Shown one piece after another: positions 27,846 through 37,324 of a stretch of DNA of 64,000 nucleotides. The DNA is from an uncultured bacterium (GTDB lineage: Bacteria > Vulcanimicrobiota > CADAWZ01), in the NCBI GenBank assembly GCA_902790465.1, contig CADASF010000006.1, positions 20,964 through 84,963 of the forward strand, read 5' to 3'. The notes below the pieces were generated by a model that worked only from the letters and a program-made list of their open reading frames with translations, was not told the origin of the DNA and did not search any database. Both the position numbers and the translations under genes were made by a program. Each line of letters starts with the position of its first letter. The stretch's first letter is position 1.

Positions 27846-30800
27846 CTACATTTTCAACGGAATTGTGTTTAAAAGCTCGAGATAATCAATCAAAACCTCA
27901 ACCCAATATTCATCATACAAAATGTCAAGCATTGTTATTTTGCCTTCAGTAATCCCCAAAGGAATACCTTTTGAACGCATTTTTGCAATTTGATTTTTGC
28001 CAAAACTCAAAAATGGTGCAGATATTACAATATTTTTCCCAGAATAATAAAGTCGAGGAATATAAGATTTTTTCATCAAAATTTTTATTTTAGCAACATC
28101 AAATAAATTATATGTTTCTTCTGGCATTTTGCCAAATCTATCTTTTAATTCAACTTTTAAATCGTCAATTTCTTCAAATGTTTTTATCTGCCCTATTTTT
28201 CTATAAATAGTGAGTTTTTGCTTTTGATCTGCAACATAGAAATCAGGAATATATGCGGAAAGTGGAATATCTATTTTTGGCTCTAAAAGCTCTGAATCAT
28301 TTAGATTTTTATTTCCCTTTAATTCCTCAACAGCTTCAGATAACATGCGACAATAAAGGCTAAATCCAACTGATTTTACAAATCCATGTTGAGCTTTTCC
28401 CAATATATCGCCTGTTCCTCTCATTTCCAAATCTTTCATTGCGATATGGAAACCACTTCCAAGTTCTGTAAAATCTCGCAAGACTTCCATGCGTTTTTTT
28501 GCGTCAGATGTCAAAAGTCTGTTTGGAGGATACATCAAATAGGCATAAGCCCTGTGATGACTTCTTCCAACCCTTCCTCTTATTTGATATAGTTGAGCCA
28601 AACCAAATGAATAGGCATTGTTAATTATAATTGTATTGACATTTGGCATATCTATACCACTTTGTATAATTGTTGTACATACCAAAACATCATAGACACC
28701 TTCTGAAAAATCTTTCATTATCTTTTCAAGTTTAGCCTCTGACATCTGTGCATGTGCATAAGTTATCTTTATGTTTGGAATCAAATTTTCTATTTCTTTT
28801 GTAACAGTTTCAATGCCTTCAACTCTGTTGTGGAGAAAGAATACCTGACCACCTCTTGCCTTTTCCCTCATTATAGCACCTTTTACAGCGTCTTTTCTGA
28901 AAGGCATTATATATGTTTTTACTGGCAATCTATCCTGTGGAGGCGTAGTAATAACAGAAAGGTCTTTTACTCCACTCATAGTCAAATGAAGTGTCCTTGG
29001 AATAGGAGTTGCAGATAATATCAATGTGTCGACACCAGCACTCATCTCACGAAGTTTTTCTTTGTGCATAACGCCAAAAAATTGTTCTTCATCAATAATT
29101 ACAAGACCGAGGTCTGAAAATGAGACATCTTTTGATAAAAGCCTGTGTGTGCCAATTACTATGTCTGATTTTCCTGTTGCCATATTCAAAACTGATTCCT
29201 GCTGTTTTGCTTTTGTCCTAAATCTTGAAAGTAATTCTATTCTCACAGGGAAAGAGGCAAATCTCTCTGAAAATACTTCATAGTGTTGTTCAGCAAGAAG
29301 TGTAGTAGGAGCTAAAATTGCAACTTGTTTGCCGTCCATTACAGCTTTAAAAGCACATCTTAGAGCAACTTCTGTCTTTCCATAACCTGCATCACCACAG
29401 ACAAGCCTTTCCATAGGGTGTGGAGCTTCCATATCTCTTTTTGCGTCTTCTATTGCTTTTATCTGATCAGGAGTTTCTATATAAGGAAAAGCCTCTTCCA
29501 TTTCTTTCTGCCAAGGTGTATCTGCTGAAAAAGCATGACCTTCTGCAAGATTTCTCTTTGCATATATCTCCAAAAGCTGTTTTGCAATTTTCTCAACTTC
29601 TTCTTTGACTTTTGCCTTTTTCTTTTGCCATTCCTTACCACCCATTTTAGATAGTTTGGGTTCTTCATCTTCAAGATCGTATTTTTCAAGTAAATAAATC
29701 TGTTCAACAGGAATGAAAATAAAATCTCCGCCAGCATATTCGAGTTTTAAAAATTCTGACGAATAGCCATTTATTTCTTTTGTTTCAAGACCTCTGTAAA
29801 CACCAACTCCATGTGTTGAATGGATTATGTAATCGCCTATTGTGAGGTCTTCAAGTTTCATTGGAACTTTTTTGGAAACTTTTTTGGAATTTTTTCTCTT
29901 TACACCAAAAAGTTCTCTATCTGTTACAATGTAAAAATTGTGATTTATACAAAAACCTTCTGAAAAATTTTTCTTTACTGTGGCAACTTTTGTTTGAAAA
30001 TCGAGTTGATTTATCAATCCAGAATTTGGAGATAATAATTTTGTTACAGAAATTTTTGATTCAGAGACTATCTCTGCAATTCTCAATGCCTGTGGTGAAA
30101 CGACGAAAAATTTTGTATTTTCATCACTATTTTTGACAAATTCAACAAAATCAGAAACTTTTTTACCAAATGAAGGAGCTTGTGATATATCAATATTTAT
30201 GTCTTCAACTGTTCCCCAATCGGCAAAAGAGATGTTTTGGAAATCCTCTATATGTTTTTCAAATTCGTTAAAAGCATATTTATTTTGATTTTCATCTATT
30301 ATAGGCTCAAAGTCAAAATCGCCATCTTCATCAAGAGAAAAATCTTCTCTTGTCCTTATATTTTCCCAAGTTTCAGATTCCAAATATGACAATTTTAGAA
30401 GAGCAGGCTCATCTTTTACAATTATTGTATTTTTTTTATCAAAATAATCTGCCAAAAATGCAGAAGAATCTTTTGAGTATTTAGGAAAATATATTGTTAC
30501 TTCAGAAATTTTTCTCTGTGATCTCTGTGTTTCTATATCAAAAATTCTTATAGAATCTATCTTGCTTCCAAAAAATTCAAGCCTTATAGGTTCTCCATTC
30601 ACAGGATATATGTCAAAAATGCCACCTCTCTGTGAAAAATCTTTTCTTTCTTCTGTTATATTTCTTTTGTGGAATCCTTCATCAACCAATCTTTCTGAAA
30701 GTGTAACAGGTGATATGCTATCCCCTATTTTTATTGAAATAGAATTGTTTTTCAATTTTTCAGGTGATTCAATTTTTTTAAGTGCAGAATAAATGTCTGT

Positions 30801-31088
30801 TACTATTATTTTAAATTTCTTTTCTGCTTCAGAAAGTGAAAAATTGTTGTCTGTATTGTCTGAAAAAACAAAATTAGAAACAGGAATATTGTTTCCAGAA
30901 CAAATGGAAATACCTTCAGAATAAATTTCAGCAGAAAATTCATCAGATGTTATAAAAAGAATATTCTTTTTAGTCTTTTCATGTAAAAAAGAAATAAAAA
31001 GAGATTTTGCTGAAGAACTGAGACCAGAAATTTTTATATTCTTTTTGTTATTTAATTCATTGTATATATTTTCAAAATCAGTAATCAT
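27846..31088 (-). CDS. mfd: Transcription-repair coupling factor Mfd
   Basis: RGGIFDIYP, CarD-like HGVG, ETPDQ, CGDAGYGKTEVA, IDEEQ, SATPIPRTL, QIRGRVGR; start taken at ATG 31088. Confidence 0.95.
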   Translation of the reverse strand: MITDFENIYNELNNKKNIKISGLSSSAKSLFISFLHEKTKKNILFITSDEFSAEIYSEGISICSGNNIPVSNFVFSDNTDNNFSLSEAEKKFKIIVTDIYSALKKIESPEKLKNNSISIKIGDSISPVTLSERLVDEGFHKRNITEERKDFSQRGGIFDIYPVNGEPIRLEFFGSKIDSIRIFDIETQRSQRKISEVTIYFPKYSKDSSAFLADYFDKKNTIIVKDEPALLKLSYLESETWENIRTREDFSLDEDGDFDFEPIIDENQNKYAFNEFEKHIEDFQNISFADWGTVEDINIDISQAPSFGKKVSDFVEFVKNSDENTKFFVVSPQALRIAEIVSESKISVTKLLSPNSGLINQLDFQTKVATVKKNFSEGFCINHNFYIVTDRELFGVKRKNSKKVSKKVPMKLEDLTIGDYIIHSTHGVGVYRGLETKEINGYSSEFLKLEYAGGDFIFIPVEQIYLLEKYDLEDEEPKLSKMGGKEWQKKKAKVKEEVEKIAKQLLEIYAKRNLAEGHAFSADTPWQKEMEEAFPYIETPDQIKAIEDAKRDMEAPHPMERLVCGDAGYGKTEVALRCAFKAVMDGKQVAILAPTTLLAEQHYEVFSERFASFPVRIELLSRFRTKAKQQESVLNMATGKSDIVIGTHRLLSKDVSFSDLGLVIIDEEQFFGVMHKEKLREMSAGVDTLILSATPIPRTLHLTMSGVKDLSVITTPPQDRLPVKTYIMPFRKDAVKGAIMREKARGGQVFFLHNRVEGIETVTKEIENLIPNIKITYAHAQMSEAKLEKIMKDFSEGVYDVLVCTTIIQSGIDMPNVNTIIINNAYSFGLAQLYQIRGRVGRSHHRAYAYLMYPPNRLLTSDAKKRMEVLRDFTELGSGFHIAMKDLEMRGTGDILGKAQHGFVKSVGFSLYCRMLSEAVEELKGNKNLNDSELLEPKIDIPLSAYIPDFYVADQKQKLTIYRKIGQIKTFEEIDDLKVELKDRFGKMPEETYNLFDVAKIKILMKKSYIPRLYYSGKNIVISAPFLSFGKNQIAKMRSKGIPLGITEGKITMLDILYDEYWVEVLIDYLELLNTIPLKM

Positions 31089-31347
31089 AGTTGTTATGTT
31101 GTTTTTACGGAAATCAATTTTTGTTATTAATTTTGTTATTTTACCATGTTTTTTTACACATTGCAATTTTATTAATTTTTTATCTACTATGTTATTAATC
31201 GTTTCAACGATAAAAACAACAGTTAGACAATATTTGTCCAAAATTGCAAAAAAATATAAAAAAAAATGTTTTTTAATATTTTAATGAAATTTTAAGATAA
31301 ATATGTTAAAATACAACTGTGAAAAAAAATAAGAGAGGTATATTTTT

Positions 31348-32100
31348 ATGAAATTTACAAATGTTCTCGTAGCTGCAGCTATTTTTGCAACAACTTCAGT
31401 ATTTGCATTTGCTCCTTCATTTGCTCAGCAACATGATGAAGATGCTTTCCCACCACCACCTCCACCACATGGAGACAGAATGGAAAGAGGTGAAAGACCA
31501 CCACATCCACATCACAAGGATAAATTAAATCTTACAAATGAACAGAAAGAAAAAGCAAAAGCTATTTTCCAAAAAGCACAAGATGATAAAAATGCTCTTT
31601 TGACAGATGAACAAAAAGCTCAGATGAAAGAGAGAATGGAAAAAAGAGATCATAAAGATTTCAAAAAACATAAAAAACATCATGGATTTGGTCATGGATT
31701 GAATCTTACAGAAGAACAACAAGCAAAAATCAAAGCCATAGATGAATGGGAAAAGACAGAAAGCACTAAAATAATAACAGACGAACAGAGAGCTAAAGTC
31801 AAAGAGATAAGAAAAAAAGCAAAAGAAGACAGAATGAATGTGCTTACTGATGAACAAAAACAACAGATGAAGGACATGAAGGCTAATAAACATAAACATC
31901 ATGGAAAACATCACAAAATGCACAAGGGAAATGAAAATTTCAGAGGTGTAAAACTCACTGATGATCAAAAAACAAAGTTCAAAGCCATAGATGAAAAAGC
32001 AAGAAAAGATTTTGAAAAAATTCTCACAGATTCACAGAAAAAAGCATTAAAAGAAGCAAGAGAAAACTCAAGAAGACATCATGAACATAATGATAGATAA
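31348..32100 (+). CDS. Exported Spy/CpxP-like LTxxQ-repeat protein, His-rich
   Basis: Signal peptide AFA-FAQ; about seven LT(D/E/N)(E/D/S)Q motifs; upstream of a two-component system. Confidence 0.8.
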   Translation: MKFTNVLVAAAIFATTSVFAFAPSFAQQHDEDAFPPPPPPHGDRMERGERPPHPHHKDKLNLTNEQKEKAKAIFQKAQDDKNALLTDEQKAQMKERMEKRDHKDFKKHKKHHGFGHGLNLTEEQQAKIKAIDEWEKTESTKIITDEQRAKVKEIRKKAKEDRMNVLTDEQKQQMKDMKANKHKHHGKHHKMHKGNENFRGVKLTDDQKTKFKAIDEKARKDFEKILTDSQKKALKEARENSRRHHEHNDR

Positions 32101-32188
32101 TAAAGATTGAAATTATTAGATAATTGCCATCCTTTGTGAATATTTGTCTCATAGGATGGCAATTTGTCTATTTTAAAAGGGGGAAATT

Positions 32189-32869
32189 ATGAAAATATTA
32201 TTGATAGAAGATGATAGAGCTATTAGCGATTTGATTAAAAGAGGTCTTGAAGATGACGGAAATTACAAAGTAATAGTAGCTGAAGAGGGAAATAGCGGTT
32301 TAGAGATGGCATTAGATGATGATTTATCATTGATAATAATGGATATAATGCTTCCGAATATGTCAGGATTTGATATTTGTCGTCAAGTTAGAAGTGAAGG
32401 ACTTATGACTCCTATTTTAATGTTGACAGCAAAAGATGGAATGGACGACATGATAAAAGGTTTTGAAATAGGTGCAGATGACTATTTGACAAAACCATTT
32501 CATTTTGATGAACTTTTTGCAAGGGTAAAAGCTCTTATTAGAAGAGATTGTCTTTTGAGGGGCAATGTAATAACAATAGATGATCTTGAGATAGATACAA
32601 ATTCAAGAATAGTAAAATTAGCAGGTAAAAAGTTGAATTTAGGTTCAAGAGAATATACATTACTTGAAGCACTTGCAAGAAATGAAGGACGTCCAATTAG
32701 TAGGGAAACTATTCAGTATAAAATTTGGAATAATGAGGACATAATGTCAAATACTGTTGATGTATATATAAGAATGTTGAGAAAGAAAATAGATGATAAC
32801 AGACCTAAAAAATTGATACATACAGTATATGGATTTGGTTATATGATAAAAAAATCAGATAAAAAATGA
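32189..32869 (+). CDS. OmpR/PhoB-family response regulator
   Basis: LIEDD, DIMLP, GADDYLTKPF, winged helix VDVYIRMLRKK, HTVYGFGY. Confidence 0.93.
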   Translation: MKILLIEDDRAISDLIKRGLEDDGNYKVIVAEEGNSGLEMALDDDLSLIIMDIMLPNMSGFDICRQVRSEGLMTPILMLTAKDGMDDMIKGFEIGADDYLTKPFHFDELFARVKALIRRDCLLRGNVITIDDLEIDTNSRIVKLAGKKLNLGSREYTLLEALARNEGRPISRETIQYKIWNNEDIMSNTVDVYIRMLRKKIDDNRPKKLIHTVYGFGYMIKKSDKK

Positions 32870-34302
32870 ATAAGAATTCAATAAAATACAAACTTATAAT
32901 TTGGAACATAATATCTTTGATTCTTCTATTTGCATTGATTTTAATTATAATGCAAATTTCTGTAACATCTATAATAAGATTCAATATAGATGAAAAATTA
33001 CATGTAATTGCAAATAGAGAATTACAGATGTATATTGATATGGGAGGAGTAAGACCCCCTTTCCCTTATAAACATAAAAAGTATAGAAGACAAGTTAAAT
33101 ATAATAGAAAGTATCTTCTTCCCCCACTTATTTTTAATTTAGATGGAACTATTTCTAAATTTGCAGACCCAGAAGGTAAATTAAAAACATTAAAACCATT
33201 AGATTTATCTTCATTTGAAAAATCAAAATTAGGAAAAGAAATATATAAATCTGTTTTATTTACAGATGAAGAAATAGAACAAGAACCTGTTAGGGTTCTA
33301 TATCTTCCTTATATTGAAAATGGAAATGTAAAATGTATTGCTCAAGTTATAATGCCTGAAGCCGAATTAAAACAATTTAATTCAGTATTTAAATCTATAA
33401 TGTTTGCCATGATTCCTATTGTTGTGATATTTGCTATTTTAGGAGGATTGTTAATAACTAAGAGGCTTTTAAAACCAATAGAAAATTTAAATAAAAATAT
33501 AGATAAAATAAATGAAACTGGAATTGAAAATATATTACCAATAGAAGGAAATGATGAATTTGCAACTCTTTCAAATAAGATAAATGAAATGCTCAATAGA
33601 ATAGATATACAGTTTATAGCACTGAAAAAATCAATTGAAAGGGAAAAAACATTTACTTCAGATGTATCTCATGAGTTGAGAACTCCACTAACTGTTATAA
33701 AAGGCAATACATCTTTAACATTAAAAAAAGAAAGAAATACAGAATATTATATAAAAACAGTAACTGAAATAGATAAAGCTGCTGATTCAATGCTTGAAAT
33801 TGTAGAATCTCTATTGCTTCTTTCAAGAGCTGAAAGTGGAAATGCAAAATTGAGATTAAAATCGGTAAATCTATATTCTTTGATAGAGGAAATCATATCA
33901 AACTTTGTTATAAATACGAGTAAGTCTATAAAGATAGAAGATTTTGATAAAAATATAAATATAGAATGTGATTATTCTTATATAAAACAAGCTATGACAA
34001 ATTTATTAACAAATGCAATTAGATATACTGATGATAGTGGAAAAATAAAAATAACTGCAGATATTGAAGATAAATTTGTAAAAATAAGTGTTTCTGACAA
34101 CGGCTGTGGTATTGCAGAAAATCATATTCCACATTTAACAGAGAGATTTTATCGAGTTGATTCTTCAAGAAATAGAGGGCAAGGGGGAACAGGTTTAGGA
34201 CTTGCAATAACAAAAACAATAGTAGATTTACATAATGGAAAACTTGAGATAAAAAGTAAAGAGGGAGAAGGAAGTATATTTTCAATATATTTGCCAAGGT
34301 GA
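32866..34302 (+). CDS. Sensor histidine kinase (HAMP, HisKA, HATPase)
   Basis: Two TM helices, SHELRTPL, NLLTNA, DNGCGI, GTGLGL. Confidence 0.93.
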   Translation: MNKNSIKYKLIIWNIISLILLFALILIIMQISVTSIIRFNIDEKLHVIANRELQMYIDMGGVRPPFPYKHKKYRRQVKYNRKYLLPPLIFNLDGTISKFADPEGKLKTLKPLDLSSFEKSKLGKEIYKSVLFTDEEIEQEPVRVLYLPYIENGNVKCIAQVIMPEAELKQFNSVFKSIMFAMIPIVVIFAILGGLLITKRLLKPIENLNKNIDKINETGIENILPIEGNDEFATLSNKINEMLNRIDIQFIALKKSIEREKTFTSDVSHELRTPLTVIKGNTSLTLKKERNTEYYIKTVTEIDKAADSMLEIVESLLLLSRAESGNAKLRLKSVNLYSLIEEIISNFVINTSKSIKIEDFDKNINIECDYSYIKQAMTNLLTNAIRYTDDSGKIKITADIEDKFVKISVSDNGCGIAENHIPHLTERFYRVDSSRNRGQGGTGLGLAITKTIVDLHNGKLEIKSKEGEGSIFSIYLPR

Positions 34303-34419
34303 ATTAACTTGTTGTGGCACTTTATAAGAAAAATTAGTTAAAAACAGTAGGGCGTGTTGGTAAAGTCCTAAAAAATAATAATATTCTCTAAAAAAAGGTT
34401 ATTTTTTATAGCCTTTTTT

Positions 34420-35305
34420 TTATTTTGTGGATAAATCTTTTATATTGTGGATAAAATAAATAAAATTGTGTATATTATTTTGAATATTATGTGAATTTAA
34501 AAAAATCATGACCTATTTTAAAAATCATGTACATAAGTCATGATAAAAAAATATATAAAATGTTTATAACTATGTGGATAAGTGGATAAGTTGAATAATT
34601 TATTTTATAAATTTTAGTTTAATTTTTGGATAAGTGAGTTTTTTATTTTATGGCTTGTTGGAATTTTTATTGCCATGACTTAACAATATTTTTATGTTTT
34701 AACTGGCTAAAAAATATTGTTAACAATAATTTCTTTTTTGAAATAAAAAATAAAAAATAAAATTTTGATATTAAACAGGTTAAAAAATATTTTTTAATTG
34801 TGGATAAAATATTTTTAAAAATGTCCATGCCTTATTTTAAAAATCATGTACATAAGTCATGGTAAAATATAAAAAAAGTTATTATTTATGTGGATAAGTG
34901 GATAAAATAATTTTTAAGTGGTCATGGCAAAGAATTAACTAAATAGAATGCTATAATATATTATTTTGTGAATTTTAGAACAAAAAAATGTGGATAATTA
35001 AATAAATTGATGTGGATAATAAGTCATAAATTAAATAGATACTATATACTTATTTTATCCACATATTTATTTTTAAATCGGTGGATAAGTGGATAAGTCT
35101 ACTTATTTATTTTTAAATTATTATTTATCCACTTATTTTAGTGAATAAAATGTGAATATAAGTGAATTTAAAATAAAATTTGCTAAATAATAATTATTAT
35201 GTGTATATTTTTAAACATGTTTATAAACATATAATTATTGTTTAATAGCAATTTAATATGAAGTTATACACATATTTCACATATACTATAACTACATATT
35301 ATTTT
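34420..35305. other. Probable chromosomal replication origin (oriC)
   Basis: Perfect TTATCCACA/TGTGGATAA boxes at 34426, 34446, 34573, 34799, 34889, 34989, 35011, 35055, at least 7 one-mismatch boxes, and a box pair followed by TAC TAT AAC TAC trios at 35264-35295. Confidence 0.85.
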
Positions 35306-35401
35306 TTTTAATAATAAAATAAAAAAAATGAGTAGTAAAAATATTTCTCCACTATTTACAGAATGTGGTATAATTATTATAAAAAAGGTAATAAATAAAA
35401 T

Positions 35402-35845
35402 ATGTTTAAAAAAATATTTCTGTTTTCATTGTTGCTTACTTTTGTCTTTCTAAATTTTGGTTGTTTTAAAAAGGTTGAAGAAGAGCCTTTATTGAAAAAT
35501 GATGTAGTTATTGGATATGGTTCTAATTTTGAAGATGAAGTTTTAAATGTAAAAGATAAATATGTCCTTGTAGTTTTTTATGAAACACAATCACATTGGT
35601 CAAAAAGTCAAGTTGAAGCTTTGGAAATTTTTAAAAACGATAGAGAAATTGGAAATAAAATTAAAATAGTAAAAATTAATGTTGAAGAAGAACCATTTTT
35701 TATGGAAAAATATAATTTAGAGGTACCTTTAGCACATTTACTTTTTTACAATGGGGAAATTCTATACAGAAATGTAGGTTATGTTGATTCACCTCATTTG
35801 AATCAATATCTGAAACCTTATGTCAAATTTGATGAAAGGCAATAA
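35402..35845 (+). CDS. Thioredoxin-fold lipoprotein, SxxS (redox-inactive) variant
   Basis: LNFGC lipobox-like motif; VVFYETQSHWSK. Confidence 0.82.
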   Translation: MFKKIFLFSLLLTFVFLNFGCFKKVEEEPLLKNDVVIGYGSNFEDEVLNVKDKYVLVVFYETQSHWSKSQVEALEIFKNDREIGNKIKIVKINVEEEPFFMEKYNLEVPLAHLLFYNGEILYRNVGYVDSPHLNQYLKPYVKFDERQ

Positions 35846-35852
35846 ATGAAAT

Positions 35853-36296
35853 ATGTTTAAAAAAATATTTTTGTTCTTATTTTTGATTGCTTTTATCTTT
35901 CTAAATTTTGGTTGTTTTAAAAAGGTTGAAGAAGAGCCTTTATTGAAAAATGATGTAGTTATTGGATACGGTTCTAATTTTGAAGATGAAGTTTTAAATG
36001 TAAAAGATAAATATGTTTTTGTAGTTTTTTATGAGCCAAAGTGTCATTGGTGTAAAAGTCAAGTTGATGCATTGGAAATTTTTAAAAACGATAGAGAGAT
36101 TGGAAATAAAATTAAAATAGTAAAAATTAATTTGGAAGAAGAACCATTTTTTATGGAAAAATACAGAATAGAAAATGATCCAACTCATATTCTTTTTTAC
36201 AATGGGGAAATTCTATACAGAAATGTAGGTTATGTTGATTCACCTCATTTGAATCAATATTTGAAACCTTATGTTAAATTTGATGAAAGGAAATAA
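35853..36296 (+). CDS. Thioredoxin-fold lipoprotein, CHWC active site
   Basis: Near-identical tandem paralog of the preceding gene; VVFYEPKCHWCK. Confidence 0.85.
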   Translation: MFKKIFLFLFLIAFIFLNFGCFKKVEEEPLLKNDVVIGYGSNFEDEVLNVKDKYVFVVFYEPKCHWCKSQVDALEIFKNDREIGNKIKIVKINLEEEPFFMEKYRIENDPTHILFYNGEILYRNVGYVDSPHLNQYLKPYVKFDERK

Positions 36297-36300
36297 AAAA

Positions 36301-36696
36301 ATGTTGAAAAAAGTTAGTTTGATTTTGTTTGCCTGTTTGATTTCATTTTTCATGTTTGGAATAAGTTTTGCAGATATAAAGCATGCAGATGACAGTAATT
36401 TTGAAAAAGAAGTTTTAAATTCAAAAGGCATTGTTCTTGTTGATTTTTGGGCAACTTGGTGTGGTCCTTGTCAAAAACAAGCTCCTGTTTTAGAACAGCT
36501 TTCAAAAGATCCTTCGATGAAAAATGTAAAAATCGTAAAAGTTGATGTTGATAAAGCTAAAAAAGTTTCTTATGAGGCTGGAATAAAATCAATTCCTACT
36601 TTGATGATTGTAAAAGATGGTGAAATTGAAGAACAATGGTCTGGTTATACTGATTTAGGTAAATTAAAAACAAAACTTTCAAAATATTGCAAATAA
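36301..36696 (+). CDS. Exported thioredoxin
   Basis: Signal peptide ending SFA; VDFWATWCGPC; SIPTL. Confidence 0.9.
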   Translation: MLKKVSLILFACLISFFMFGISFADIKHADDSNFEKEVLNSKGIVLVDFWATWCGPCQKQAPVLEQLSKDPSMKNVKIVKVDVDKAKKVSYEAGIKSIPTLMIVKDGEIEEQWSGYTDLGKLKTKLSKYCK

Positions 36697-36722
36697 TATT
36701 ATTTAAAATGGAGGAAAGATAA

Positions 36723-37130
36723 ATGTTAAAGAAAGTTAGTTTAATTTTGTTAGCTTGTTTGATTTCTGTTTTTATGTTTGGAGTAAGTTATGCTGATGTA
36801 AAACATGCTAATGATTCTTCTTTCGATTATGAAGTTTTGAATGCAAAAGGTGTTGTTCTTGTTGATTTTTGGGCTAGTTGGTGTGGTCCTTGTCAAAAAC
36901 AAGCTCCTGTTCTTGAACAACTTTCAAGAGACCGTCTCATGAAGGATGTTAAAATAGTTAAAGTGAATGTAGATGAATCAAATGCTGTTTCTGACAAATT
37001 TGGTATAAGCTCAATTCCTACTTTGATGATATTTGAAGATGGTCAGAAAAAAGAGCAATGGTCTGGTTATACTGATTTCAATGGATTAAGACAGAGACTT
37101 GCAAAATATGTACTAAAGCAAAATATTTAA
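36723..37130 (+). CDS. Exported thioredoxin (paralog)
   Basis: Signal peptide ending SYA; VDFWASWCGPC; SIPTL. Confidence 0.9.
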   Translation: MLKKVSLILLACLISVFMFGVSYADVKHANDSSFDYEVLNAKGVVLVDFWASWCGPCQKQAPVLEQLSRDRLMKDVKIVKVNVDESNAVSDKFGISSIPTLMIFEDGQKKEQWSGYTDFNGLRQRLAKYVLKQNI

Positions 37131-37164
37131 GCGATAAATTTCGTTAACGAGTAATTTATTTAAC

Positions 37165-37194
37165 AAAACTCCCCAAAATTTGGAGGAGTTTTTT
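37165..37194 (+). terminator. Rho-independent terminator
   Basis: aaaactcc...ggagtttttt. Confidence 0.7.
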
Positions 37195-37324
37195 AATATA
37201 TTTATTAAATCTGTAATTAAAATATAAAAAATGCGAATTACAGCAATTTTCAAAATTGCCATAATGTCAACAAAACTATTAAAATTATTTAAAACAGACT
37301 ACTTAATATTTTTTTGGAGAAAAT

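Noticed and set aside
31089-31241. N-terminal extension of mfd in the ORF track
   Set aside because: AT-rich divergent promoter region; Mfd-like sequence begins near ATG 31088
31348-34302. Spy-like gene plus two-component system as a novel system
   Set aside because: Common envelope/metal stress arrangement
35402-35845. SxxS thioredoxin as a selenoprotein because selB is nearby
   Set aside because: Codons are TCA, not TGA; no in-frame UGA candidate was found in the window
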